DNA of 59,057 nucleotides, counting the filler, from Sphacelaria rigidula (taxonomy: Eukaryota): NCBI GenBank assembly GCA_964200075.2. It is 5 parts of 5 records of this genome, joined end to end, with 100 filler letters (N's around TTAATTAATTAA, not from the genome) between each part and the next. Parts side by side here need not be neighbours in the genome. Positions count along the whole stretch, not along the records: positions 35,498 to 47,227 come from CAXNAA020004578.1; positions 47,328 to 59,057 come from CAXNAA020004579.1; 3 more parts are not named here. One strand, 5' to 3'. Both the position numbers and the translations under genes were made by a program. Below the pieces are notes generated by a model that saw only the letters and a list, made by a program, of their open reading frames with translations, did no database searches and was not told the origin of the DNA. Shown here piece by piece: positions 36,708 to 50,100 of this stretch. Position 1 is the first letter of the stretch. Every line of letters begins with the position of its first letter.

Positions 36708-39700
36708 ATGAAGGTATGCATACTGAAAGTTATGTTCGCGGTTGCATGTTAAATACCGGTTGTTCTCATCTTGAGGTGTGACAAAGCCGCCTATTTTTGC
36801 CGTCGTGTGGGCCTGGCTTGTGTTGTGACCCCTCTGGGCCCATGAGTACCATGCCAGAAGCATCGCCCAATACTGTGTGGCGCTGTGTTACCTGCACGGG
36901 CACGTATCATGTCGTACTTTTCATGCAAATTACTCTGGTCGGCTATGTTCATGCGTGTCTCTCTGTATTCATGATGTGTGGAGTCGCCTTTGGGGCTGTG
37001 TGCTCTGTTCAGTGCTGGAGCGCTTTCACACGCGACAACGGTACTCTACCTTATCGTCGAGCGGCCTGCTCCGCTCTCCGATCAAATGTACGGATGTTCA
37101 TTTGCCTGTGGGCAGCAGCAGCAGCAGCAGCAGCAACTGCAGTATTGGTAGCAGCATTACTGGTGGCAGCAAGACAATCATACTGTGCAGTGTCTGTCGC
37201 ACTCTTGCTAGCTCACTGTCTGCCATGGCGTCGAAGAATCACGAAGTGAAATTTGTAATATTATGGTGCACCCGTGATTGCTTCTCCAAGTTGCCTCTAT
37301 CGTGTGTACTTATCCCGTCCTTACTATCGACGCTGGTGGGTGTGCTGACACGGCGCGGTGGGCGATCGTGGCGGGCGATCGTGGCGGGCTTATTTTTGCC
37401 TCGGCTCGTGGCTTACAGCTTAACATTGCATCCCCGGCCACGGGGTCTCAGATGTTCATCGAGATCGATGACGAGAAAAAGCTGTGAGTTCATCAGGATT
37501 GTCGTCTCCGGTTGTCTGCCATGAATAACAGAGGTCACCCGTGCGATGACTGTTCCTCGACTGGGCAGCACCGAACAGCAGTTTGATACCGTGTGCTGAA
37601 ACCGTACAACGCGATACGGTAGAAATTAGAGGGTGCAGTTGGTGGCAGAACGGGCGCGCAAGTAGACATTACAGTAGCAGTATCGAAATCGCCTGGAGTT
37701 GTGCTGTACGTACTGAAAATTGTATTTGCCTTGCCTGTTCTCTAGCACACCCAGATTCGGCGCTCGGAGACGAGGCGGGGGCTGCACATTGACGCTAGCA
37801 GTGGTACTTGACGAAAATAGCGAAAATCGTGAAAATTGCGACTGTCCACATAAACAACCTCTTACCCGAGCAAGGCCCTTGAAACGTCCGCCTCATGATG
37901 TTGGCGTAGAGACGGCGTCGAGTAGGGAGCCGGCATGGAGCCGACTCTTGCTTGCAACACAAGGTAGTTTTTTCAATTGAAGATTATTTGGTCGAAATGG
38001 GTTACAGCAAGGGGCAATGCCGTTTTATTGCTGTAGCTAAACGACGCTACGACAACTGTGATAGACAGTACCCGTAGATAATACTGTAACAGGTACTGCT
38101 TTTCATCTCTTGCGCTAACATGCGTGTGTCCATTCACTGCAGAGACAGGTATGGCTCGCGTGTCCATCCGCGGGCGTTCGAATGATTGATTTTGAGATAT
38201 GCTTGCCCCCAGAACTCAACACCATGCGATAGTCCACCAAGCGGTACCGAATCTCGGTGGTGTTTCTGTACCCTGTTTCATATGTGCCCTGCATTATCTG
38301 TTTGTGTCATGCCTGCTCTCCTTCTCGCCCGTTAGCCGTGCTCTTTACGACAAGCGCATCTCCCAGGAGGTGGAGGGGGAGGCTTTGGGTGACGAGTTCG
38401 CTGGATATGTGAGTAACAGCTGCGTCTTACGATATTCACAGCAGTTTGTCGGAGTTTGGTAACGAGAGGCTGACTCGCCTTCGCTGGCGCCACAGGGGTG
38501 AACGTGAACTTGAGGTTTCTCCCTCAGGATCAGAGTGGTGGACTGCGATGCATACACGAGTGCCCGAGTAGCTGGCTGCCAGGCTGTTTCTTATATATGA
38601 GTTTGCCTTGGATGTGTCGCCGGTGAACCCTGGAGTTTTTGCAATGGCGATCACACCGGCAGCTATTTAATACGTCATGAGCGGCCAAGGATAACCGAGT
38701 ACACGGATATGTCGTCCGTGGGGTCATGCCGTCACATGTAGAGCAGCTGACAAATTCGTGGTTGCTGTACCAAGCATTTAGACCATGAGCTGCGATCTTT
38801 TTGAACAGGATTTAAGGAGCTAACGGCCCATGTCCTACTTCGGAACAGAATCCGTGATCGATCCCTCCCCAACGCTACAGCGCCGCTGCCCTCTATCTGG
38901 AGTGTCTGCTCGCATACCGTGTATCCTCGATCTTCACCACAACAGTAATCTAGTACTCTGCTTTTCTATGTCATGTTCAGAGTTTGTGGTCTAAAGCGAC
39001 AAGTAGCGGGGGCACGTCAACCATCCCTATCACTTGGATGTCGGTGCAATTCTATTGAAACACCGTCAGAAATGTAAACGATATCCGATGAAACGACCTC
39101 GTCGATATTTGATGTCGAGAATGCGCTCGAGTACATGCTAGTCATCGCTTTGGACCCGAAATCAACTTGTCCGTGAATGTTATCGCCTGTTCTGAAAGTT
39201 GAACTCGGAAAATATCACACAAATAGTCCAGTGTATTTCGAAATCTTGAGGGCATGGGATGTTTCGACTTTTTTCGCTCGTTATCGGGTGTTGAAAGTGC
39301 TATAGAGTAACATGCCATTGATGAACCCCGAGTCGAGGCGGAGAATCTTGGAAGAAGAGTCCTCATTTGTTGGAAATCATGAAATGCACCGTGATATCTG
39401 TTTTCAAAATAACAGTCTAACGATAACAACTGGCGTACGCATTAGGGTTTATTATGGGCCATACTTGGGCATTTTGAGAACGTAATTTGCACGTAATTAT
39501 GAAGGGTGAGAAACGTAATTTGCGCGTTGTTTTAGATGGTGGATGCTGTCGCAGCTACCTGAGCAACATAATACTGAAGCCATGATATAAAAACGAACAT
39601 GAACCTTGATTTTGAAGTTCAATTCTGAAAACTACCGCATGAAATCGCAAATCAACTTATTATGCGGCTTTGATACCTTTTTTTCACCAGAAATTGGAAA

Positions 39701-42700
39701 CGGCAGAACAATCCGGCGATTTCTAGTCTGCAACTCGCAGCGGCAGTCGTGTACCAACATATTGTGTCTCGTGTTCCGAAACCCCCACAGAGAAGCAAGC
39801 CTTGTCTCCCCCTTGTTCTAGGACCTGGGCAACCAAAAAATCCCACCACAGAATCCCACCTCACTGTTACATGCTTGCAACCCTCTTGAGATTGAAGAAA
39901 ATCATGTCATGAAGGCATTTTAGTGCAAATGAAACTTAGTTTTTGGCGCTTCTATGAGCTTCTCAGAGAAACGTTTGCAACAACTCCTGTGAAGAAGTTC
40001 TTCCGGGACTAACATTCTACAAACGAAGTTACCTTGCGCACGGACTCACGCGATGTGATCTTGTCGGGGACTATAACGGTGTAAAGGCGTAGTCGCTTCA
40101 GAAAAGAGACAGTAGCACACTCCGCGACACGTCCGCCGCCAAAATGCACTGGCTTCTCACACCACAAGGCGTCACTGTACAGGGTTGCAACCCCACTTGC
40201 GCTCGCTTCCTCGGCGCAAAATGCACTGCCCAATTGGGGTAAAACGCTGTAACGCTGCGTCCTCTAGTTGGAGACACCTGATTATTTCCATCGCGAAGAC
40301 TGCAGGTTCGAATCATGAACTTTAGATTCCGGCAGTATCTGGACGGGAGGTTGGATCGTGGCGCGGGAAAAACTGGGCTGTTCCCGCCGAAGCTTTTGTG
40401 GCGAATGCCATCGCTCATGGCGATGGAGGACGGTGTGCACGCTGCCGTCCTCCCGTCCTAATAGTGCTTTTGTCATCCTCCAATCGACTGTATCCGAAAA
40501 CTGCCACACCAAAAGTCTGAAAAAGATCCATACCTCGAAACAAAGTTACTTGCGAAACGTCGCTGCTGTGCGTTCTCGAGCCTTGATAATATGGCGCTCA
40601 CACCCAGCTTCCCAAGGAACGGTCGGGTCTTCAACCATGCAACCTGAGGCAGTTTTATATGACTCGTCGACATCATGCATGTCGACCACCGCAAAGTAGA
40701 CGGGCGATTGTTGCGTTCATGAGCCGTCCACGCTAAACCCTTTGCTTCTCGGGTTGGCCGCTGTGTTTTGGTCGGTATGGCGTGATCGATCGCATGCGAA
40801 AAACCTCATGATGTGCACGCTATAATTCTGCACTCACCGCTTGCTCTCCTCGGTCCAAGGCATGGATTAGTTTTCGGTAAAATGAAGGCTTCTGCCTCCG
40901 AGTGAGGTTTCAACTCCATAAATGAATCCAGGGGTTTCCTCTTCTATAACCAGATAACATTTTGTGTCAATCTCGTCTTCTTTCGGAGACCCGAAGCACG
41001 CACGGGCGAATACAGGCTGGGCCGCCTGAGACCCCGACAGGGATGTGAACACGCGATTCAGCAGCTGAGTTTCGAGTCGTTTCTAATGAAATTTCAACAC
41101 GATGTACAGGTTGTATCTGCGAAGATGCCACCTCTTCCATCCTACATTTTTTTGAGTCATTCACGATTTTGTTCCGAAAAAACTGTTCTGCAGTATTTGA
41201 TCGCCGATAACTCACGGAGAACTAAACAAGATGTAAAGTTGAGAAGGTTACGTCTTGGCACATGAACCCTGTACATCGTGTCGAAATTCTACCGAAAACG
41301 ACCAGAAATTCCACTGCTACATCGCGTGTTTGTATCCTAGACTGGTTCTCATGTGGAGATGGATCAGTCACGAGAAAACGAAACGCGATCATGCTATTGG
41401 ATTTCAAGTTTTATTCCATGAAATTCCGACACGATGGGCATGGGGTATATTTTGAAGTCCCTGTTCTCCCCCCTCGACTCGTTTGTTCCACAAAAACTGT
41501 CCCGAAATTCAGATGACCAAAAACTCACGAGGTGAAAATGAAATAGAAGAGGGCTTACATATACCTGATGTATATCGTGTCTAAACTTCTTGGAAAACGA
41601 CTTGAAATTAATCGGTAAAATCGCGCTTTCTCTCGACAACCGATTCACTTGCATCGAAAGTGCCACAACCTCAGCCGGAGGTTGGACGTTTTCTACGGTA
41701 CAAGCCCGACGCCTTGGGGCGCTTGAGGTCTCGTCTGTGTGCCACCTTGAACCCCGTGCGCGCACAGTACGACATGCATCATTGTACAACCACAACTGGT
41801 GCAGCACCACCATAATTTTGCGGCCGCGGCATAATCGACCAACCGTGAACGCAATCTCAGCCGTTTTCCCACCTAATTCCGCCGTACATACCACACTCAA
41901 CTCTCTACACTTCGCAGCTGACTACAGTTTGGTATCTCGTTAGATAAGAACTTGTCGGATCGCAATGCGGCGTTGAGTGAAACACGCGCGTTGATTTGCA
42001 GATTACGACGATGTGTCGTCAGTGGACCGAAGGAAGGTCCGCTACTTCGGCGGCCCAGCCTGTACAAATTACACCATCGACCACATTGACATACCCGTTT
42101 CTTCATCAAACGCTTTCTCTTTTTTCACCCACTTCGCAGATGTTCCGCATCTCCGGCGGGAACGACAAGCAGGGCTTCCCGATGAAGCAGGGTGTCCTCT
42201 CGGCCAACCGCGTGCGCCTGTTGCTGCACAAAGGTGTGTCCTGCTACCGCCAGCGCCGTCGCGGCGAGCGCAAGAGAAAGTCGGTGCGCGGCTGCATCGT
42301 GGCCGCGGATCTTGCCGTGCTTAACTTGGTGGTGATCAAGAAGGGTGACCAGGAGATCCCCGGCCTGACGGACGCCCCCGTGCCCCGCCGCCTCGGTCCC
42401 AAGCGTGCGAACAAAATCCGCAAGCTGTTCAACCTCGGAAAGGTGAGACGGTTGGGAAAAAAATGCCCCGTTCTCATCGGTTGATCCTTGAAACAGGCAT
42501 GCGTCTTGGCCAAAATTTATTGACATGCGTCGGCGTCTGACGTTTTCGAAATACCGTGAAAGTAGCGTGATTCGCATCAAGTTCAAGCTTGTTCGGTACA
42601 CTGCCCACTCGGGGGCGGATGCGATGGATGCTGCTACTGGCCCCATGATGGCGTGACCTGAACAAGCGCTCGAACTCTGTATTTTTGGTTCGGCCGTCGA

Positions 42701-44987
42701 TGCGATGACACAGGAGGACGACGTGAGGAAGTACGTGATCGCCCGTAAGTTTGAAAAGAAGGGGAAGACGGTGACTAAGCGTCCCCACATCCAGCGCCTT
42801 ATCACCCCGATCCGTCTGCAGCGCAAGCGGGCCATGCGCGCGTCTAAGAGGGAGGCGCAGGCCAAGGCTCAACGTGATGCCTCCGAGTACGCGAGGTCAG
42901 TTCGTGATTGTTGAAAATGTCGAGCGTTTGAATGTTGAAGCGTTACCTGTGTTGCCCCGCCGGTTTTCCTTGGTGAAGCGGTGGACTGTTGAGAATTTAG
43001 CATTGTATTTGGGGAGATATGGATATGCCCCGATATCGTTCCACGGGGATGAGAAGGTGTTTCTCTCGCTCATACAGGACTCATACTGCTAAAAAAATTA
43101 GTTCAGGCGAGCTGTCCTTTTATGTACCTTGACCTGGAACGACGCAGACCACATTATCTTTTACCAAATGAACGGTGTAAGAATATTTTCCCGAATATTT
43201 ACCCATGACTGTCCATGCTGTTTTTGCACCACTGGTGAGCCTTGTACGTGTATGAAAACGTTATCACTGCAAACCTGTGATTGGCCAGCCCTAACCTTGT
43301 TGACCAACCACTACAGTGCCAAGGTATTTAATTCTCTGTCTGTCGAGGGCAATTTCTTAATTTCGTACATCCACTGCGTATACAGTTGTCGGAGCGGGGC
43401 TAATTGTTCCGAAATTGAAAGCATGGCTGAAATCCTTGTATGCAGGGCACGAAACACGTGGAGAACTTTTTTATTTTCCCCTCGTTGCCTCATTTTGGTA
43501 AGAAATTAGAATCTTGGAGCTGTTTCTGAAGGCTGTTCTTCCAGGGGGGCAAATCTGACTACGCATTTGGACAGCTTTTGAAATTTGTTTTTTTTCTCGG
43601 ATGTAAAGAAGAGCAAAAACCCGCGAAGCTGTTGACGAAAAATCTCCCCCTTCTTGGGATGATCAACGCGAAGATTGAAGAACAGAGTACCGCGACGCTT
43701 TTTTGATTCAATACCCCAAAGAGCATTCCTACTTTCCCTCGGGGGAACGGAGATTCATGAGATACACGTCATCAGCTGCCCAGCAGCCAAAAAACATCGT
43801 GGTATGGGTACGGTTTACATGCCTTTACGTTGATGATCATATAATGAATGTATCGAAACATAGACAGTTCTTAACAGGGGAGTGTTGATTGGCCTCATGA
43901 AAAAACATGTAACTTTTTCTTGTCGAGAATGAAATTACACGGCAACAGACGGAGCTTGACTCATCCGTCACTTTTTGACGACGTTTTTTCCGGAAGTCAC
44001 GTACGTGTTCCGCGACGAAGCTTGTATCTTGAACCACTGACGATCGTCTTCGGAGGAGAAAGTATAAGAAAAGTGTGGTCATCGCTCGCATTCAGCAGAA
44101 GTTCCACTGGCGACCATCATCGAGCACACGCACACGAGCTATTGATTTCACGTATGATCACACTCTGCTGAACTTACACACCAAAGTATTTGTCATGTCC
44201 TTGATGAAATCGTGACCGCCGGAGTTGTAGCGTTGACTCGAATAAATTTGGCCTCATGCGGTCCATCTGGGACTCGGTTGGTTCCTCTGGTAATACCCTC
44301 TTCATGCACATTCCTCTGGTAATACCCTCTTCCGCAGAGATGCAGAGACCCATATTCTCAATCCGCGTAATATGGCATTTGGAGCAAGACCGAATTGCAC
44401 GTTGTGCGGGTACATTTCCGGTCATATGACCTTACGACGCCTAAAGGTGAAGGAATTGGTTTGGGATGACCGTGTCATGATTTTGTTCTGCTGGGTACAC
44501 TTGCTACACGAAGATGTTTCCGCCGAACTCCTGGCGCACAACCTTGATGCGGCCGGTTTTTCTTGCATGGCCTCGTTTACTTGGGAATCCATACCCTGTG
44601 GCTAAGGAAGCTTCCTGAAGTCTGCATAAATTTGAGGTGGTTCCCGTCATGCGTGCTTTTCGTTTCAATCATCACTAACTCATCACCCGTTTTCACTTCC
44701 TTAAATGTAACTTACTGCCTTGCTTGATGACTCCGACATGCATCTGTTGTCTCTATCTTCTTGGATTCTACATCGCAATCAAAGTCACTGCGTTGCGCAG
44801 ATTTTCTCATTCGCTGCAACTTGATTCTGATACCGACCTCTCAAATTCTGCCCATGTTCACCGTGAACTCGTGATGGACTCTCGCAGCCTGTACGCCCAG
44901 CGCCAAAAGGAGGCGAAAGAGGCTCGCCGCTCTCTGATCTCCAAGAGGCGCAGCTCTCGCAAGGCTTCCGCTAAGATCGCGGCTTGA
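36708..44987 (+). CDS. RPS6: 40S ribosomal protein S6 (eS6), complete, 6 coding exons, 242 aa
   Basis: Exons 36708-36713 (MK), 37419-37483, 38336-38408, 42140-42442, 42714-42895 and 44888-44987; all GT-AG and phase-compatible, total 729 nt. Hallmarks: [48 protein letters not shown]-terminal RRSSRKAS. Confidence 0.97.
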
Positions 44988-46215
44988 GAAATTCCCCGTC
45001 GGGAAGAGAATGTTCGGGAACTGAAGTCGGAGAGGTCCTATCACTGAAACCTTTTCGAGTCTTGAGAATGGAACCCTCTCCCATGTCGCGTTGAGCTGTG
45101 ATTAGGGACCACAGCTGGGTTCGGTGGGCTGGGGGTTTCCGGCGGGGGCGGCACGACGATTCTGCGTGGGGGAAACGCCGCGCGTTTAATGAAGGGACTT
45201 CACAAAACATGTTATTCTTTTTTTTTGGTGTTTGCTGGTGTGCAAGCAATGCCCTCGTACCATGCGAGGGACTCGGCGACCCCGACGGACGTGTTTTTGA
45301 CTGGTTCCGTTTCGCAACATGCCTTGTTTTTGAATGAGCCCCTGTTGGCACCCGCCTCATGAAATACGGTCCCCTTACGTGCCCTCGACGATAGGCACTT
45401 GTCTCGATGTTTTCCGGTCGAGATCGACTCGGAATTCGTAAAAAATGACAGCTGCCTGTAATGTCTGAGTTGCGATCGAACTATCCCTGTTTAATTGGAC
45501 AAATGAGTGGCGTGCTTCATTCTCGACCCTAGATCCGGCTCCCGGTTGATCATTAAATGCGACTGTCGAACAATAAAGGAGCAACCCCCCCCCCCCCCTC
45601 TCACCCCGGCTGTTTTCCGCCACTCCACAATATCCGAGCATCAATGCCCGTAATCGATGTCGATGCTCGTGCGGCAGTCTTGATTTTCTGGCAGTACACT
45701 CCCGCAGGGAGTCTCGGAGAAACAACAGTGGCCAAGTTTGAGTTTGAGGTACAAGTTGGGGTTATCAGAGTGTGTCGGGATTGAAGGTACATCTGCACCT
45801 CGAAGATGGTGTTCTGGAGGCTACTTTTTCCTCTTTACCCGGGGTACTCTCCTGGGTATCATCCGTACCCGACAGCTGTGACTTGTGGAAAACTTTTATA
45901 ACGACGCCCGACAATTCAATGAACTGCCCGACTTTTATATTCTCACCGGATTTTTCCGAGGGTTGTGCGAGCCTCCCGTACCGTTACCTTGGGCACGGGT
46001 ATACCTTCGATGAGATACCCGGTTGCGGATACAGCATTCTGAGTTCTGTCCAGCATGTAAGCCCGTATCAAAAGGCTAGACTACCCTTCGAAAGAACATC
46101 CGATTACCGGTACGGTTTTCTCGAAGAATCTCGAACTTTTGTGAGACCCCCATCGGAACTCCTATACGGCGTCGGTGTCTGATATATCTGTTGGCTCTGT
46201 AAGCCCCCAAAATTT

Positions 46216-46400
46216 CCCGATGGCTCAGTTGGTTACCTCGAAACCTCCTGTCGAGTCGTGGTTTCGAATCTCGGCCCAGTCACACGATGTTTTCTTTTTT
46301 TCTCACATGACGCTCACCTGTGGAAAGCGACTGCGTCGTGGGTACACGAAATACAACTTGACGGTTGAAGAGGGGAAGGCGATGCCGAACCCCTACCGAG
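46216..46400 (+). mobile_element. tRNA-derived SINE
   Basis: A box TGGCTCAGTTGG (46221-46232) and B-box-like GTTTCGAATC (46261-46270); body homologous to the copy at 46930-47118. 3' end not defined. Confidence 0.65.
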
Positions 46401-46929
46401 TGTCAACTGGCGTACACAACAGATGAGATGATGGCACCCCTCCTTTGGGTTGGGGTATACTAGCGTAGATGAACCCGATTGCAGGAACGCCCAAAGGTGA
46501 ATGCTTGGAGGTGTGGGTATAGGTAAGATCGAAATACCTCATGACCCGAACCACGTAAATACCGCGCCGCTGTGGAATCCAAGGAAGTACTCGTGGCCTC
46601 CAAATCGTTGTACAGAGAACACCATCGAGCCTTTCTTGCAAGCAGAGGCGGAATCTCGAAAAAATGTCCAATACATTGTCGTACGTACCTTCAGGACGAT
46701 GCCGCCGGAAACCGCCGTCTAACCAAGAACGCAGGAACGCATGTAATAGGTCGCGAACACATTCGGGCCTGTCTCCTGGCGAATTTGTAGTTTGCAGGCC
46801 CATTGTGTTGCATGTTATCCAATCTATTCTGGACGCCTGTCTACAGCGGGGTCACGCGAGAAGGTCAACACAGGACTTTCTATATCTCCATGTTTATAGT
46901 ACCCCACCTCCCTACTGCTTGCCTTGAAT

Positions 46930-47118
46930 TTTTATCGCGAGAGGGGTTCACCAGTTGTTTCCCCTCATCGACCGTTGAGTCGAATTTCGTGTACCCACCA
47001 CATTGTCGCTCTCCACTGTTGGGCTTGGTGTGAGAAGAAATCCAAGATCACTTCGAGAATTGAACCCACGACCCAACCGTCAGAAGGTTATGAGAATACC
47101 AACTGAGCCACCGGGGCC
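46930..47118 (-). mobile_element. tRNA-derived SINE (second copy, inverted)
   Basis: Minus strand reads gccccggTGGCTCAGTTGG...GGTTCAATTC, then gtgggtacacgaaat..acggt..gaggggaa..gaacccct shared with the first copy. Confidence 0.65.
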
Positions 47119-47227
47119 CATCGCCCGGCCAATATTTCACGGTTAGGACAAATAATGATTCGTCAGGAAATTCCCGGTTTAAGTATAATAAGTTGACTCG
47201 TGATGAATGAATCGCCATGACTCATTT

Positions 47228-47327
47228 NNNNNNNNNNNNNNNNNNNNNNNNNNNNNNNNNNNNNNNNNNNNTTAATTAATTAANNNNNNNNNNNNNNNNN
47301 NNNNNNNNNNNNNNNNNNNNNNNNNNN
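47228..47327. other. Artificial contig linker
   Basis: N44-TTAATTAATTAA-N44. Confidence 0.98.
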
Positions 47328-47587
47328 GACCGCTTTTCAGTCTCAATCGTATCATCTACTCTCAATCTCACGAAAACACTGTTTAATGCGGAAGGATACG
47401 TTTTGTTGAAAAAAACATTAAGAGAAGGGAGGTGGTGATATCACCCAATAGAATAGTTCTGTCATTCATGCGTCGTTACACATCCAGACCCCTCCGCTTA
47501 TTCATCGCACACAAGGGCATGCATTCCGGGAAAGAAAGAAAAAACGTGGATTCATACCCTAAATGAGATTTTTAGGTATTAGCGAAC

Positions 47588-48026
47588 GAAGGATTCTGAG
47601 AAATGAGGTTGAACCTAAAAATAAATTTGGTTCAACTCCAGAACAATGTTTTCCCTGACCTGAAGTCATGACAAATGGACTTCATATGGACTACGCCATC
47701 CTCCCCGACCTCCCTGAAAATATTTCGGGGAGTCTCTCCCGTCTTCCGCTCCCCCAACGGGTGTGTGCGAAAGTCCCATTTACGGGGTTCAAAGCGTCAC
47801 TTTCTTCAACCTGAAATCGAGGCAAAATGTGATTTCGCACATACCCTTTAGGGGAACGGAAGGCGGGAAACCCCCCAGACTAAGGGGGTCGGGGGTGATG
47901 AGGTCGTCCATATGAAAGTCATTCGACATGCCTTTAGGTCAGGGAAAGCACTGTTTTCTCGAGATGAGCCTCATTTTGATGTTGAACCTCATTTGTATGT
48001 TGAATCCCATTTCTGAGGATCCTCCG
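47588..48026. repeat. Long imperfect inverted repeat (fold-back/MITE-like)
   Basis: 47641-47781 aligns with the reverse complement of 47826-47955 (ttccctgacct..ttcatatggac..ccccgacc..tgtgcgaaa), extends to ~47588/48026, and has a ~45-bp loop. Confidence 0.75.
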
Positions 48027-50100
48027 TGAACCCGCCACAGTTCTGAAGAATGGTATATTGGTGTTTGTCTGATTTCGGATCACATATCCAAGTACGAACT
48101 CTTCAAAGGTTGACCCCTTGACCGCCGGGGTTGGCCATCCGGCTCACGCAGAAACGTTTCAAGTGAAACGATGCCAATCACACCAATGGACCCCTGCGGT
48201 CCTACCTCCTCTGTGCCATAAGTAAAAGTCTTTCATGACTTTACATATCCTTACCCGTCACCGATGTAACAGGCGATATTTTTTCGAAATTTTCGGTGTT
48301 TTGTGGATTCAAATTCAAACTATTGTTTTCTTTTTTGCGCGCACATTCATGCATGGATGAACGGCCGAAAAAGATCAGTCGGCCCCAAAAAAGCCGTTTT
48401 ATGCCCGTTTCTGGAAAACAGCGAAGAACGTTGGAAACGCCCCAAAACTACAAAAATCGCGAAAAAAAGTTGAAATATTCACATGCCTCCGATTCATCAG
48501 CCTTGTACGATACCCATGCCTCGTCCAAAACCACTTGGTCACATAGCTGCCTCTATGTGGTTGCAAAACAGGCAAAAAAAGGTCGAAAGTTTGCGAAAAA
48601 TGGTAGAATGTGGTTAAATTGGTCGAATTTGGCCATGTTTCAACCCACTAATTCTCAGTAATTTTGGCTCATTTTTTTTCTGGCGAGCATCACCACATCA
48701 CTAGCTTTTCAAGAAACCTAACAAGGGCATCGTGGGCAACTCCGTTGACGATACGCGATCTGCCCCCCATAACGGACTTTACTCATGGCGCAGAGGAAGT
48801 ATACATCCGTTTGTAGACCGGCGTGGTTTTTAATCATTTTTCCAACGTAAATGGACTTGAAAGCTTGCACTCAAGAAGATGCTAGACACTCAATCTGGCG
48901 GAAGGGTTGTAACGTCCTGACTCTTCGGCACATGAATCATACTAAACATTCATGAGGAACAACCGACCCGTATGACCCCTCATTCGTTTGATCCTTGATA
49001 TGTTTCCAAATGGCCACATCCTCGCTTTCAAAAGCCTAGATGTTTCAAACGGCCGAGGAGTGATCCTTCAGTAAGGGTTCACGTTTTCAGCGAAAATGTC
49101 TCTCGGGGCTGCTCGGGATGTTGGACGGATTATTTTGTGAGTGGGCATCATTCTTGCTTGAAAAAGACTGAAAATGATGCCAATTCACAAAAAGGTCCTC
49201 GCGTGCAAACACCATGTTTCTGGGAGTCCAATCCCCAGAGATTTGGGCTGCACAGTAAGCCCCATATATTTGTGCTCCTACAAGGAGAGTCCCAGAAACA
49301 AAAAGTGCAATCCCTACCGTAGCATTGCCGAGCGGTATACTGAAATCAAGACTCAGCATAACCTGTCTGGATGTTCCACATACAGCATGACTGTGACGAA
49401 CGAACGCACGAACGCATGAACGAACGAACGAATGCTCATATGGTTTATTTCAGCCTAAGCTTCGCAAGACCTTCGACCTCTAGAAATGATCCATTGTACA
49501 TGGCTGTGACTAAATCCATGGATGTTCATGGCTGAACTGGATAATCTACGGCAGATTCGGTTTGATGAAAAAGAGATTTTCGCGTGCAGCAGGAGACGAC
49601 AGGTGCTTGAAAGACATCACGGGGCTCAAAAAAGAACCTCACTTACACAGAAATGCGTCAAGTGGCGCTAGGTTTGCACTGTGGGCGGAGATCAGCATTT
49701 GTGAATCGGTCAATCAAGGGTGACCAAAAGTGACTGAAAGCATCGTGTTTAATTTAGGGTCTGCGACAGGTTCAGCGTTTCTTGTCTTCTGAAACCGCAA
49801 CATGGGTGCCACCGTCAACTATATGGCACGATCCAGTGTGAAGCGTGCTTAATTGTACCGACGTGCAGAAGCTAAGCCAACGAGTGAAGGTGGAAGTGAT
49901 GAAGGAGTACAGCAGGCCTTTTGGATGGAACGGGGATCCTCGCCAGTGTCGGGTGTCTTGACCAAGAGCTAAATTACTGGCATCTACGCCGCATTGTGCA
50001 TTTGCGCCACTTCACGATATATAAAATACACAGCTATTTGATGTTCAATCAGCCTACGTTCCTTTTACGCCGCCATGAAAAAATCGAACAACTGAAACAG

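Noticed and set aside
37541-37600. Possible C/D snoRNA in RPS6 intron 2 (CGATGA...CCGA...CTGA; ACTGGGCAG could pair with LSU rRNA, from recall)
   Set aside because: Degenerate C box, short guide not abutting the D' box, and no clear terminal stem. It needs snoscan/Infernal. The 44724-44830 candidate also lacks a convincing guide.
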